DNA from: Chrysomallon squamiferum
Lineage: Eukaryota > Animalia > Mollusca
Direction of reading: 5' to 3'
Assembly: GCA_012295275.1 (NCBI GenBank)
Contig: CM022677.1
Location: 12,896,001-12,960,000, forward strand
Length of the DNA: 64,000 nucleotides
Part shown: positions 1 through 13,506 of the stretch, one piece after another
Numbering within the stretch: position 1 is the first letter of the stretch
How the letters are laid out: each line of letters begins with the position of its first letter
Program-made: the position numbers and the translations under genes
The notes under the pieces: model-generated
Seen by the model: only the letters and a program-made list of their open reading frames with translations
Database searches by the model: none
Told to the model about the DNA's origin: nothing

Positions 1-110
1 AACTGACCTTTTTACCTTTGCTATGACCTTGAAATTGTGGATCACGTGACATTGAGATGACCTTTATTGAAATTTAATCTCCCACATGTTAACTAAAACA
101 TATAAAAGTT
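1..110 (+). repeat. TGACCTT-motif repeat fragment at the window edge
   Basis: tgacctt occurs three times in the first 65 bp, a motif common in molluscan dispersed repeats. Confidence 0.35.
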
Positions 111-1858
111 TCCTGGGTGTAATATTTTTTGTTTAGCCACAATATAGATTTAAAATATGCACATACTGAAAATCAACAAGAGTGATGGGACCAACTTGGT
201 AAATGAGCTCAATTTTTTTCAGACCTGTATGTTTGTATGTGTGTTCAGAATAACATGCTGAAGATGCCAAAATCTTCAAAACGACACACAGCAGTATGAC
301 TAAAAATACACACTGTTGTTTCAGTTTTTGTCTTATTTGACAAATTCAACCTGTGTTGTGAAGAATTTATCAAGATGTTTCAATTGACATACTTGAATTT
401 AACATTTGTAATAAAAAAATTGTTTTATAGAACAGCACCACTTTATTTACATAAGCAGCTTCAATTTTCACTCTGTTAAATAATTGGCTGTAATAAGATA
501 CTGTGATGTGTATATATCATATATATATAAATTTTACTGAAAAGGTCTACAAGCATTTGATGTTTAACCATAATCCTTTGCAATACATATACTCAGCTAA
601 TCCTTGGAGTCAACTCCAGAAAGGTGTTGCAGGTATTAATCAGGGACAATAAAATGTATGTAATCATGAAACTAGAGGCAATTAAAGACACAGGTGTTTT
701 AAGTCTGTCATTTGAACCAAACATAAAATAATTTTCTTAGGTTTGTACTTGCTGTGATTTGACAAACAAAAGTTACCTATCATCTGACCATTGTTGAAAT
801 TTTCTCTGATAGAGCTTACAAATAAGCAAAAATAATGTTTTAAAACTGATCAATTTATGATTTTACATTTTTTTAAAAGTGATTAGATTTTTATTCAGCA
901 TTCCATCAATACCTCTGAATGCATTGTTCTATTATGTTGTATAGTTTGTTATGCTTACGATTCTTAATTCGACGTTTATCACAAGAATTTTGAATGCAAA
1001 ATAATCGACGGTTTTAAACTGAAGATAGTAATCGTCAAAACAATGTTAATTCGTTTATTTCAAAATGCGATTTTGCTATGCACGTGCTATAATAATACGC
1101 TAAAAGTAGGAACATTGAAGAAAAACAATCAGCCAACAAGTTATTAAAAATATAAACAACATATAAATATAATCATTTCAAACTGCGCCAGACCATTCTA
1201 GCTGTACATGAAATCTACGGCGATATCCTTCTGTAAAACACTGCTAGAAAGATTGAACTTTGACCCTCCTTGCTGTGCAAAAAATAACATTGAAGTCATT
1301 GTGGCGAAAACAAGCCAGGCGTTTGTAGAGAGCCCCTATTATAGGACTTTTTACTCCACGCTGTTAATTGCTGACCACGGGCGCCGAAGTGCGTTTACCC
1401 CCACCGCGCTTAACACTCTCGTACACAGAACTGATTTAACATACAACAAGAACAACACCATTTAAAAGTGCACATAAAGATCTTTAGTTACATGTATTTG
1501 TTTATAGAAGGGATTTGGGAGTGGAGGAAAATGGACAAAATTTTAACTTTTAATTTTTAAAGACCATTGAAAATAGTGTATTTTCTATATTAATTTTTTT
1601 TTATTACATCATTTATTCCCAAAAAGGAAATGAAACCGAATTTACAAAAAACACGATAAAGAAAAATTTTTTTTTTTTTTAAAAATGGAAAACTACTGGG
1701 TCTAAAAATGACATCTTCAGAGGCCTTCACTAACTTATGAATTTCATATGAGAACATTGAAGAAAAGCATACAACCTGCAAATTACTAAACATATGCAGT
1801 GAATTATAGCAAGTTTATACATTAATAATGTGTTTTAAATTTAATATAATGTAAAGTA

Positions 1859-1890
<32 letters not shown>

Positions 1891-3894
1891 CCTATTTTTA
1901 ACAATACCTGAAATAATTTCGAACTGGGTGAAGAATAATGTAAGAAACAGACACAATTTCCCAACATCCGACATGCCGCCACTCATTTAATCAATGTAAT
2001 TTTATAGTCTCGGGCTTTGTACTTAATCGCACGAAACGTGAAAGCTTCGTCACAGTAAGCTGAATCTAATATAAATTGATTTTGTTAATAGAATATAGAA
2101 TCCTTATTAAGAAACCACCAAATATTCTGAACTCTACAATCTGCATTTGAAGTAGTCTTTTTTTTTTCTTTTTTTTTTTTTTTATAGGAGATAACTCTCT
2201 TGAAATTGTTATGAATTTAGCTATTCAACCGGAGTCGGAAAACTATATATATATATATATATATGTCATTAATGATATTAGTCGGTTGGCATCACTCCCC
2301 ATTAGCCAGCGTGAAGTTCACTTCGAAAATGGTTGTCAGATTGCAAGCAACATAAAAATTAATCTCGTTTATCTGCTTTTTGAGTGTGTATTCAGAGTAA
2401 TTGTAACTAATAAATATGTTTAGTAGTTCTGATATAATACAAATATTGTTGTTCACTGTTACTGCTGTAGTAATTTGTCAGCGATAGCGCAAATATAGAT
2501 TCAGAAATGTACTGTATGTATTGTTTCTAGTAAACTTAAACGTGCTAATAAAACAGTTAAATATATAAAATCCTATCTGTTATTACTCATAGAGCAAACC
2601 CAATTTGGGTAGCTTACCCATTCTATTATGGGTTTCCATTTCGTTTATATGGAAATCTGAATTTAGGGTCAGTTACTGCTATCGTTATAGGATCCTGTGA
2701 CACTGCCTTGAAAAAAAGTAATGATAAAGATTTTAGGTAAAAAGGAGTTACACTAGTTCAAAGCAAAGCGATAAGCCACGGTCATAAAGAACGGTACCAA
2801 GGTCTGGAAGGAATTTTAAACATATCGGCTAAAGTAGCGAACATGGATGAAATTTGTTAGCAGTAACAATTCTCTTAAAGGCTCGTTTCTGTTTCTCCAA
2901 GTTTCGCCACCGCAGCACGAGAAAGTTTCTTCAACCGATATTAACGATTGAGGATATCTTGTACCTAAAAAATAAGAGGATGATGGAAATTTTATGTTCC
3001 AGAAAGTCTTCTGATTTCAGTTCATTGTTTCAAGCTTTATTGAAACAAATACTGTGATCGAAGTTCATTAAATTTTAAAATATTCTTTAAAACGCAAGAT
3101 ATTTTTTATGAAATGTTCAAGATGTCATGTTGACTGCATGAGATTACAATCCTACAGTAGCTAATGTAATAGCTAATTAATTATATATTATATAAATAAT
3201 ATACATTTAATCTATTCAGGTAGAACAACAATAAACATTCAGTCAAATACCAGTATTTTTATCACATTCCCAAAATAAAGCGCTAATAGTTTGTTTACGA
3301 TACAAAACGGATTTTAGAAAACATTTAGCGGTATACATATTTTCATGATATTTCGAATAAATAAAGATTAATACCTGATTTACATTTCATATTTGTTACG
3401 GAAGTGAAAAGTGCTACACATTTTTCTTTTCCTTTCCTTTCATTCTTTTATTTATTTATTTATTTATTTTGTTTATTTTTATTTTTATTTTTTTTTTTTT
3501 ATTTTTTAAATAAAACACCCTCCCACACTACCACAACGATAACAACAAATCGTGGCTAAAAATCAGTGAAAATCTTGTTTTTGACTTAACGAACATTTTG
3601 AGAATTATAACTACCTTTTGCGACATTTGCACAAAAGGAGGAAACATGGCAAATGGATTATGGGCTGCTTGGTATTATTATTGCCATCTCAGGAAGTCAG
3701 TGCTGATTCGATATTGAGATCCAATGAAACGGTGCCGAATGTGCCTCTGTATATAATGAACTTGGCCTGTGCATACATCTGGTTTCTTTCTAACATTCAG
3801 AGGCGGAGCGCATTGTTCCTAAATCGATTATGTAACATCAACCGAAAGCAGAATAAGCGTTCACTGCTCATTTGTTGTAGATTTGTTACTTTTT

Positions 3895-4023
3895 CATTAT
3901 TATCATCATCATCTTCCTCTTCCTCATTATCATGATCATACTCATGAACATTATTATTATTATTGTTATTATTCGTATTCTTCTTCTTCTTATTCTTATT
4001 ACTATAATTACAGTTACTGTTAC

Positions 4024-4081
<58 letters not shown>

Positions 4082-4082
4082 T
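3895..4082. repeat. (TAT)n/(TCA)n microsatellite, one of many AAT, AG, AC and AAAT tracts (e.g. 12986-13058, 45336-45408, 49260-49327, 54960-55023, 63946-64000)
   Basis: Simple repeats read directly. Confidence 0.95.
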
Positions 4083-6454
4083 AAACTGGTCATTTCTAAT
4101 TCATAAACATTTCCTTTCAGTTACAAAACAAGCGACCAATAATAAACAATTTTACATCAATTTCATCTTCTATTAAAAAAAAAAAAAAAAAAAAAAAGTA
4201 AAAAGCATAAAGATGTGTTTTTTTATTAATGCTTATGGCTTGCTTCTGTAAAAGAAAACGACAAAAATATTATAAATGACTAACACATTTTACGAGTAAT
4301 TTACTTATATTCAGTAAACAGAATATGTGAACGTTACATTTATCATTAACTGTTCGAATTCAGCCATATTCAACTTAAACATGTTCAAGATATTAGTTAC
4401 TGATCATATTTACGTTATGCACACATACATATTCACATTGTGCACATATAATACAATATATGTGACATAGTATATTAATAGTATGTACACTAAAGATATC
4501 AGTTTATGGTAAAAAATAAATGGCGCTGGTTTTATGTATTAATGTGAATTACGTTACCTTTTATTCAAATAGAAAACGCCGCTTATCCCTGTGAATTTTA
4601 ATTTTAATATCGTTTTGCTAAGCAAAATCAAATTTTGTGATTCAAGCATAGTGTAACTTCTCACGTGTTCAGTATTGACAGTTATTTGTTTCTGAATTTA
4701 CAAGTCGAGCGCTGTAAAATGCCACTATAAAATAAAAAGTTACATCCAGATTAAAGTGATATTTGATTAACAACAGAACAGATTACAATAAAAGATTCTG
4801 CATGATGCTGAAAACTGAGCTTTTACTTTATAAGAATCCATTAATTTTTGTTGATAAGTTGATAATAAATGATATAATATTTATGTTGTGAACATGAGCG
4901 CAGTTTACACAGGTAATTTGAAATTGAATGACGACATTTACTTTATTAAAATGATCAGATTATTCTTGAAAAGCCGATAATATTCCTCATACTGACAATT
5001 ATATACATATTTGTTAGAGATAAACTTAATAAAATATCAATGTAAACAGTGGTATAGTTACTAAGATTGAACGTAATTTATTCGTATAAGTGGAACTGTT
5101 GGTAGTAAATAAAAATGTAAATTCTGTCGAGAAGTCTCAAATTATCTTCAGAAAATTTCGCTAATAAATATTTGTTATTAATCTCTTGCAAACTGAGCTG
5201 AGAAATTACTCCTTACATCTTGTAGGAGGAGATCTCTCTGTATCAAAAAAAAATAAATAAATAAATAATTAAAAAAATAAATAAATAATAATAATAATAA
5301 AAAAGAAAATTTAAAAAATCATAAATAAAAATAATGATAGTAATAATAATTATAATAAAATAAATAAATAATAATAAAAATAAATAATAATAAAAATAAA
5401 TAAATAAATAAATAAGAGATGGGAGCCTGGTTATGCGTGAGTAGGCAGAACAATTTGTGAAATTGTGATAAAATAAACTGACGTATGAAGCTTTAAAAAT
5501 TTAATAATTTTGCTAAATATGTTCTGAAAAATGTAGAATGAGAAAAAATACGTTTTACTCCATGTTTACTATTGATGATAAATGAAATTTCAAATAAGAA
5601 ATATTCAACTTGTTGATAAAATTATATAAAATCAAAGCAGATATCATACAAAGAAACTGAAACACAATTTTACAACCAACATTGCAAAAGTAATTTAAAA
5701 CAATTAATTTTAAAATGAACATGCAACACTGAAACAGTAAGTTTAATAGGAGATACACTTAAAGTATATAAACGATTAGGGAGATGCACAAAGATATAGA
5801 TAGAACAATAATAATAATAACTAATTTGGACTGTTCATACGTAACGATATGAGCCGGCCAATTAATGGGTATGCAAGATGTATATATATATATGTATTCT
5901 ATGTAAAAGACAAGGCACTTGGCTGACCAGGAATAAACACTTCGGAACTCGACTCATCTCTCTTTCATTGTTGTGTTTAGACTGGACCCCATTGCTCCCA
6001 TACTGCATCCCCCAAAGTAGAAATACAGCAAAATAATAACCAAGGACAAAATTAATCACGGTTACAGGATGTTATCTGTGAGAAAGAGTTAATGTGTTTG
6101 CGGTCACAGAGAACTGTTGTATGTGAAAGACAATATCCTTGTTTATGGATAAATAAATACAAGTTCTAAGTGTTTTGATTGTTTTTTGTTTTTTTTTTTT
6201 TTTTTTAAATGAACAGAAAAATGATATACAATTAGATATAAAAATATAATTATAAATTGGATTATTTTAATGATTTATTCTTATATTATTGTCTTGATTT
6301 TGAATTGTTCTTATTAACATTAAATGATATTTGAAAAAACCTGAAATTAATCAGGCTACAAAATAATTTTAGCTCTATTAAAACCAGTATCATTTTTAAA
6401 AACATATTTGCAGTAATTTTTATTTTAAAGAAAATGAAACTGAAATGATGTATG

Positions 6455-6495
<41 letters not shown>

Positions 6496-7102
6496 TGTTT
6501 ATTTTTGTTTCAAATTATTTAAATGTGCCTTAACATATAATTTTTTAGAATTTTATGAAAATGTGAAAGGCAAATTATAAAATACTCAGAAAAATTCCAA
6601 TTATGTACATTTATTTTTCCTCTTATTTTTTTTTATCATTTATAAATTATTTTCTGTTTTTTAAAGACTCCTTATTGAAATAATTCAATTATTCTTTCTA
6701 AAGTGGCAAAGGCAAATTATAAAAACTGCCAGAAATGTCTAAACAAAAATAACTGAATATTTAAGTTTTATTATCTAGACAGGTTTTTAAGTAATTTCAA
6801 CTTGTTTCTTCTAATGAAAAATAACAAAGTTATTGTTAATGCAAATAACATTTTAATTTAGTTAATAGTTAATTTTATTAATAGTCATTACCTCCAATAA
6901 GCCCTTGATTTTTCCATGATTTAAATAAAGACATTTAAAAAAAAAAGGTTTCCTGAATTGTAAAAAAACAAAAAACAAAAATAATTCAATTCTCATTACC
7001 ACAACTACACAATCTTCAGTTATATTTACATTAACCCCAGCAAACTGCCCTGATTTAAATAAGATAAAGAAAAAATTGGTTGTCACATTAATTTTAGCTT
7101 AT

Positions 7103-8884
7103 TTAGAAAAATGGCATTCCATAGCATTGATGCATATCCATTCCTCTTTCAGTGAGAAACATTAGAATAACCAAGCACACATCAATGATAAAAACAGTGC
7201 AAGCTGCTATGAAGTACAATGTGTACACGGATGTTCTGAGCACATTGACAATGCAGTCTCTTGGAGATCACTGAGTTACAAATTACATTTCAGACAGATT
7301 TTCTCTTGACAGTGTTGACCTTTCTCTGGACAGGGAAGACTGTGATGTAATAGCATTCTGGTGCATTAGTGAACATTTTCTGAAAATGTGTCTTACAACA
7401 TTTTCAACTGAAGTGCTGGCTGAGGCAGCTTGAATCTGTTGTCTAGGATCCTACAACAAAATATAATATTCATTAATAAACTAAACATAAAATAAAGTGC
7501 AAGCAGTAGTTTTGTTGTCAGCTCTAACTGTATTTCACTGTCTTAGCAAGAAGACTTGTAGTCCACATTTTTATTTTTTTCCATAATACAATTTTAATAA
7601 TAAAAATAATTTATTAAAAGTTTTTTTTATTCTTAATTTGAATCATATTTTTTATCTTTCGTATAAAAGGATTAAAATAGCAATATACCAGTAAAAGAGA
7701 TTATGAACAATATTTCCAGTTTAAGATGACTGCCTGGACTATTAAGTAAATAAACATTTTAAACCTACATAGTATTACATTAGACAGTAAGAAAATGTTC
7801 TTCTAATTCTGATTCTACTTGAAATACTAACAGACTAGCATGATGAAAATATATTTGAGATTATTCAGACAAACTTAAACCTTTAACAATTGTTACAGTT
7901 ACATCATTAACAACAAATTATTTGAATAATTAAAATATTTAATTTATAATTTAATTTTTGCCACTAATGAAATATATAAACCACAATTATCCTAATTCAG
8001 CTAATAGTTACAATAATGAATCCATTATGTATATTTTAAAATGTATTTAAAACAAAGACAACATTACACTTGCATGTGATAAAATAACAAAATAAGCAAA
8101 ATCTTTCAAGCCAATTCCATCCATATACTAAATTACAAAATATTGTAAATATCTTTAGCCCTACCACATAAAGTATTAAATGTATGTATTTCATATTAGA
8201 GTGAAGTATTAACAACAGCAAATTACAAATTCATACAAGTGTTCTGTTCACTACACTATTAGGCTGACATGTAAATTATTACAAGGTTTGTTGGTGGTGC
8301 ATAAACCATTATTACATTGCTTCTATACCATCTAAACTAAATATTTAAAATATCAAGCAAATAGCAAGCTTTATGAAACATTTATATAAAATTATCAATA
8401 CTATTCTGTAATTAAAAATAAATTGCCTGCTTGCTACTTTTGATCAAATTCATTCTTAATGAAATGAGCTATAAAACACAAAAGTGAATGAATAAAACAT
8501 ACCTTTAGAGCAGCATTCAATCCACACATAGACATGGGTCTTTTAGAACCTGGACCAAAACAAATTAAACTCTTTCTTAATTAATAAAAATAAATAAAAT
8601 ATAACAACAGCTATATAGATTATATTTTTAATTAAAACTACTACAACAACAAAAACAAAAAACAATCAAACTTTCACGTTATAAATTGTCTTCTTTAGTG
8701 TTGAAACACTAACATAAACATGCATTTTATTTCCCAATCATATTTAATAATTAATCAAATTTGTAAAATTCATAGATTGTTGACTAAGGATTGACTAATG
8801 ACATTACCTATTTCTGTAAAATTGCTGCCAAAATAATAATTTTCACTGCCATTAACTGTTTCCTGAAATTAAATCATTATTTTG

Positions 8885-8927
<43 letters not shown>

Positions 8928-10942
8928 CAAGAACAAAAAAAAGCCAACACAATGCCATCTTTAATTCTTAAGAGCTTTCAATTCAGCAACAAATAATTTA
9001 CATTATTTTTTCTTACAAATATCTGAATTAACAGCCTTTTTCATCAATGTACATCTGATTAGGGCTAATAAAATAAAAAAAATAAAAAAATGCAAGCAAT
9101 TAACATTAGCTTCTGACAAAAATATTACATTCTAATTACTTTTCACCTTAATTTTTATACAAATATCATTATCATCTTTGTCAGTTAAAGAGAAAAGAAA
9201 GTTCTGTCTGATATTTTTTGTGTGATTGTTTAATGTTCCCAACATGAGTAACCATTACCTCCATTGTACAACTGAGTCTCATCTCCTACAAAAACACACA
9301 CAATTATATTTGTACTAATTTTACTTGTAGAATTATCTGGTTATTAATTATTGCTCCTTTTATAAATAAATAAATCAAAATAAATAAATAAAATGAAGTA
9401 AAAAAGTTAGAGTAAAGTAAAAAGAATCTTAAAATCAGACAGGCAGGTAGGTGTCTTTATAACTGAACAAATAATTAGTCGGATTCTTTCAATAAAGGAG
9501 ATATTATGTGCAGACAAAGCATCAGTACAATAATTGGTAATCATTTTCATGATTTTACAAAAAAAATATATTACATTTTTATGTAAATTGCTTAATTCAG
9601 TGTAAGAAAAATATTTTGCATAGAATTTTGTGAAAGACTGAAGAAATATTTAAAACTGAAATAAAATGAATAATGTATTTAAATACCTGCTGGACAGCAC
9701 CAAATACTTCAACTCTACTGGAGACTCGAGCTGCTCTTTGTTCCAAAATGTCAATCTGAGTTTGTATTGATCAACAATTTCTTGAATATTTCTATCCTTA
9801 ACAAGCTGATTTAACTTCTGAAAATTTTAAATCCACAGTTTATATATTGGTTTCTTCAGTTCCTATAAATACATGGTGAAAGATTTGTCATTCAGTAAAT
9901 AATGACATTTCAGTTATAAAACAATTCAATTAATTAAGTCTGCATGAATCAATATAATTATTATAACCTTTTTAAATACTTTGTTTTGTATTCTAATGAG
10001 ATTTAATGATGCAGTTATCAATTCAAATTATTTACTGAAAAATAATCTAAAGAGATAAAAACCATGTCTAAAATAAAGATGAATTTGATTCACATAATTA
10101 AAGGTAAAGTAGAATTTTTCATTCAGAAACACCTTCAACAAAATTAACATAAATCTGTTTTTCTTTATGAACTGATTTCACACATACTTCAACATCATTC
10201 CTTAAGCCATGTAGTTCATGGTCTATGTTCTTTTCAGGAATGTTCCACGACCTTTCTTGACTCTCTTTTCTCTGCTCTTGAGTTAATTTGTCCATCTTGA
10301 AGGTCAGGAACTTAGTCTAGTTAAAATACCAAAAATAAACTGTAATATATACATTCAATCAAACGTTAATGTAAGAACATTCAAGTCACATTACACTGAA
10401 AATAATAAAGTATGTTAATAAAATAATAAGCAGACATTTTATTAGTTCTGTCATCATTTTGTCAATAGGAAACATAAAATTCCTGAAAGACTGAGGATAT
10501 GGCATACAATATATATTTTGTGTGTGTATGTATGTGTGTGTGTTTGAGTGTGTGTGTTTGTTTGATTGATTTTTTTAACATTTGTATCTATAATATGGAT
10601 TTTTAAATAGGAAAACATCAACTTTTCATAAGCTTCTTATTTTATTTTCTGACTAAACTGAGTGAAGATTGTCTAATATAGTAAGTTAAACATAAATGAG
10701 GAAAAAGAAGAATTATTACTGTATTTAATAAAAACTAAAATCATACACCCTGTCCAAAACAAAGAACCTACTCTGAGTTAATAACCGTTTTTCACATAAG
10801 TATTGTTTATCACATTGAAAGATCTCAAGACATAAATCATTAATCTAAAATAACAAACAAATCACATCTTTAAGTAAAATTCTAAATAAAAGCAGATTAG
10901 AAATTTACTTACTTCAATTTCTTCATCTGATAAGTTGGTGAA
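7103..10942 (-). pseudogene. IRAG/LRMP (MRVI1/Jaw1/KASH5-family) coiled-coil and C-terminal TM/KASH-like pseudogene, multi-exon
   Basis: Exons 10913-10942 (FTNLSDEEIE), 10188-10316 (TKFLTFKMDKLTQEQRKESQERSWNIPEKNIDHELHGLRNDVE), 9687-9817 (KLNQLVKD..fs..QTQIDILEQRAARVSSRVEVFGAVQQ) and ~9190-9285 (EMRLSCTMEVMVTHVGNIKQSHKK), mostly with GT-AG ends, follow the IRAG1 stretch [67 protein letters not shown]. Small exons lie at ~8808-8862 and 8503-8549. The last exon, 7103-7450, ends in a hydrophobic segment plus HQCYGMPFF*. Frameshifts, a deletion and stops are present. Confidence 0.85.
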
Positions 10943-11741
10943 CTGAAATACAAATATACAGTTGAGACAGCTGTCCTAATGGGAAAACAAATCTGGATAT
11001 TGCTGATATTTTGCTAGTTAAGGAAAATGATGGATGCAACACGAACTGCTGAACATAAAATGTGTTTCCTGAACTAATTTAACTAATGTCTGCAATGACT
11101 GAAATAAGGAAACCTCAGCATAATATAAAACGTCAGTATAAATAAAATGCACATACATGCAAAAACTCTACATGATTTCAATAGACATAACTGAAAACTA
11201 GGAATGGTATCATGTCATGTTACATGTAATTATACATGTTTTTAAACTGTTGTTTGCTTAAACCTGTATAGTGGGATTTAGTATACACAGTGCTGACATT
11301 ATTACACTGATGACTCTAACCAAAACAAAGCATTTAATACCACATTGAAACACACACACACACACATACACAAAGACACTGTAATGTAAGAAATACATAA
11401 ATACAAACAAGGCTCGAAACTCATCTGAAATAAATTCAGTGACCCTAATTTGTTTTTTAGTAGCCCAAACAAAAATTATTCATGTTTCTGCTTTTAAATG
11501 TATGAAAACATGTACTTACTTGATCATTAATTTTTGAAGTAAGGTAAAAAATATGTTTTGAGCAGTCACTTATGCAAATATACCAACATATGTTATACTG
11601 AAATTCTACTTTATCAAGAGAAAGAAAGAAATTTTGGTAGCATTTGGTGACTGGCCATTTTGAGCCCTGCATTCATGTGTACATAAGTACTTAAACACAT
11701 CACTGTTATTTATTATCATAAAACATATCAATACTACTTAC

Positions 11742-12627
11742 TTCAGAACAGTTTTATTGAATTCCCCTGACTGGCTAGGATCAGTAGAATTTGTCATCTT
11801 CTCATAATCACCTGCAAAACCAGAAAGAGATTAATTTTCAGCTTGCACAATTAAAGTTGCAAAACAAGATGACATTTTAGCAATTTTCTAAGTAAAGATG
11901 GATTAGCCACAATTAAGAAACTCAAAATGGTTTCCAGCTTACAGTTTGTTCTATCTGTATTCACTGAGTACATTTCTCTCTTTTATTTCCTCTTTCATCT
12001 TGAACTTCTACAATGATCTAGCAGACTGTTTTGGCAAGCATTATTTCTCATAAACAAAAACAAATTCATAAATAAAAATTAAAGAAAGACATTTAATCCC
12101 AAATCTAAACTAATTACTTCTGCTAGTTAGATTCTTCAATAAAATGCTGTATGGCTAATGGATACTATTAATTTAAATGTTATGATAAACATGCAGAGAT
12201 GTTTTCAATGCCAGTATTTTAAAAAATAAATATTTAAATATTAAATATAAATAAAATTAAAAATTAAATATAACTATTTTAGTTAGAGTGATGACAAATA
12301 TGTCTATAAAGAAATAAAACAATGCTAATGGAAGTAAACTAAGTCACCTGCTGCTCAACTTCCAGGCTTTTCACTTTGCCACTGTCACACACAGCTGTCA
12401 CAGTCATCTGTCAAGTTTTCATGTTTTTCTTTGCCTGGCTTTAGCATGTTCAAGTTTTTCAAGTCTCCTGATATTTGATGTTGAGATTGGTGACTGGTGT
12501 AAGACTCTCCAACTTAAGAATTGTTGTAGTCTGACGTGGTCAGCTTCAATGTCCAGGACACCAAAATTGAGCTTTTCATCAGCAGAACTTTCAACAACTC
12601 TGAGTCAGAGTCACATTGGTGGGTGCA
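11742..12627 (-). pseudogene. Two degenerate exons (12348-12627 and 11742-11811) between the CAMSAP and IRAG/LRMP parts; parent gene unresolved
   Basis: GC-richer islands bounded by pyrimidine-CAG acceptors and GTGACT/GTAAGT donors on the minus strand. Frames are broken and no motif was recognised. Confidence 0.5.
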
Positions 12628-12982
12628 CTGCCAAGTTTGAGTAAATAAATAAATAAATAAATATTTAAAATAAGGTATAAAATATAAATAAAATACTGCT
12701 ACTACTACATTTACTGCAACACTTCTGGTACTAACTTTATTATCATCATTACTACAACTAATATTTACTATTATTCCTTATTCAACTAGGGTTACTGTTA
12801 TTAAAATAATACTCCTATTACTAAAATTACTATCCATTAATAATAAAAGTGATATTTTTTGTCTGTATTTCTGTATACTAATATTATTATAATTACTACT
12901 GCAACAACAACAACGACTACTATCACTGCTGTTAACCTACTTTTCTTGTTACATTTATCATAACAATTTCTCTAAATACAAC

Positions 12983-13061
<79 letters not shown>

Positions 13062-13202
13062 TTTACAAACATTTATTTATCATATTCAAAACCAAAAAAG
13101 AAAACCAGACATAATATTATAATATGAATTGGTTTGATTAACTAGTTATCTAGATTCATGTAGTTTAAAATTACCACCTGATTCATTATTTTATTTACAA
13201 AC

Positions 13203-13440
13203 CATGAAAACTGAGACACTGCAGACAATAGAAACTATAGACAACAGCTACAGTACATCCATCTCCAATGTATTTTAGTGTGTCTGTCATCACAGGAACA
13301 GTGACACTGTGTGAAGGCTGGCAGTTTCACCTGGTATCAGGAAAGTTAAACATTTTAAAATCTCATAAAATATTATACTTCTTCTTCTTTTAAAATATAG
13401 AAATTTACAACAAAATAATCAGGTTTATATGAATGGAACT

Positions 13441-13506
<66 letters not shown>

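Noticed and set aside
860-3130. Possible DNA-transposon remnants and the ORFs at 1208-1465 and 2854-3057
   Set aside because: The region is CpG-containing and repeat-like, but I could not establish TIRs, TSDs or protein motifs.
3797-4176. Poly-N and poly-Y ORFs, and similar ORFs at 22263-22582, 45193-45940, 51462-51782, 55608-56748 and 59555-60485
   Set aside because: They are translations of microsatellites or low-complexity tracts.
7280-7450. BEN/DUF4806-like reading (SVENVVRHIFRKMFTN)
   Set aside because: The resemblance is superficial. Upstream exons match the MRVI1 family and the exon ends in a TM/KASH-like tail.
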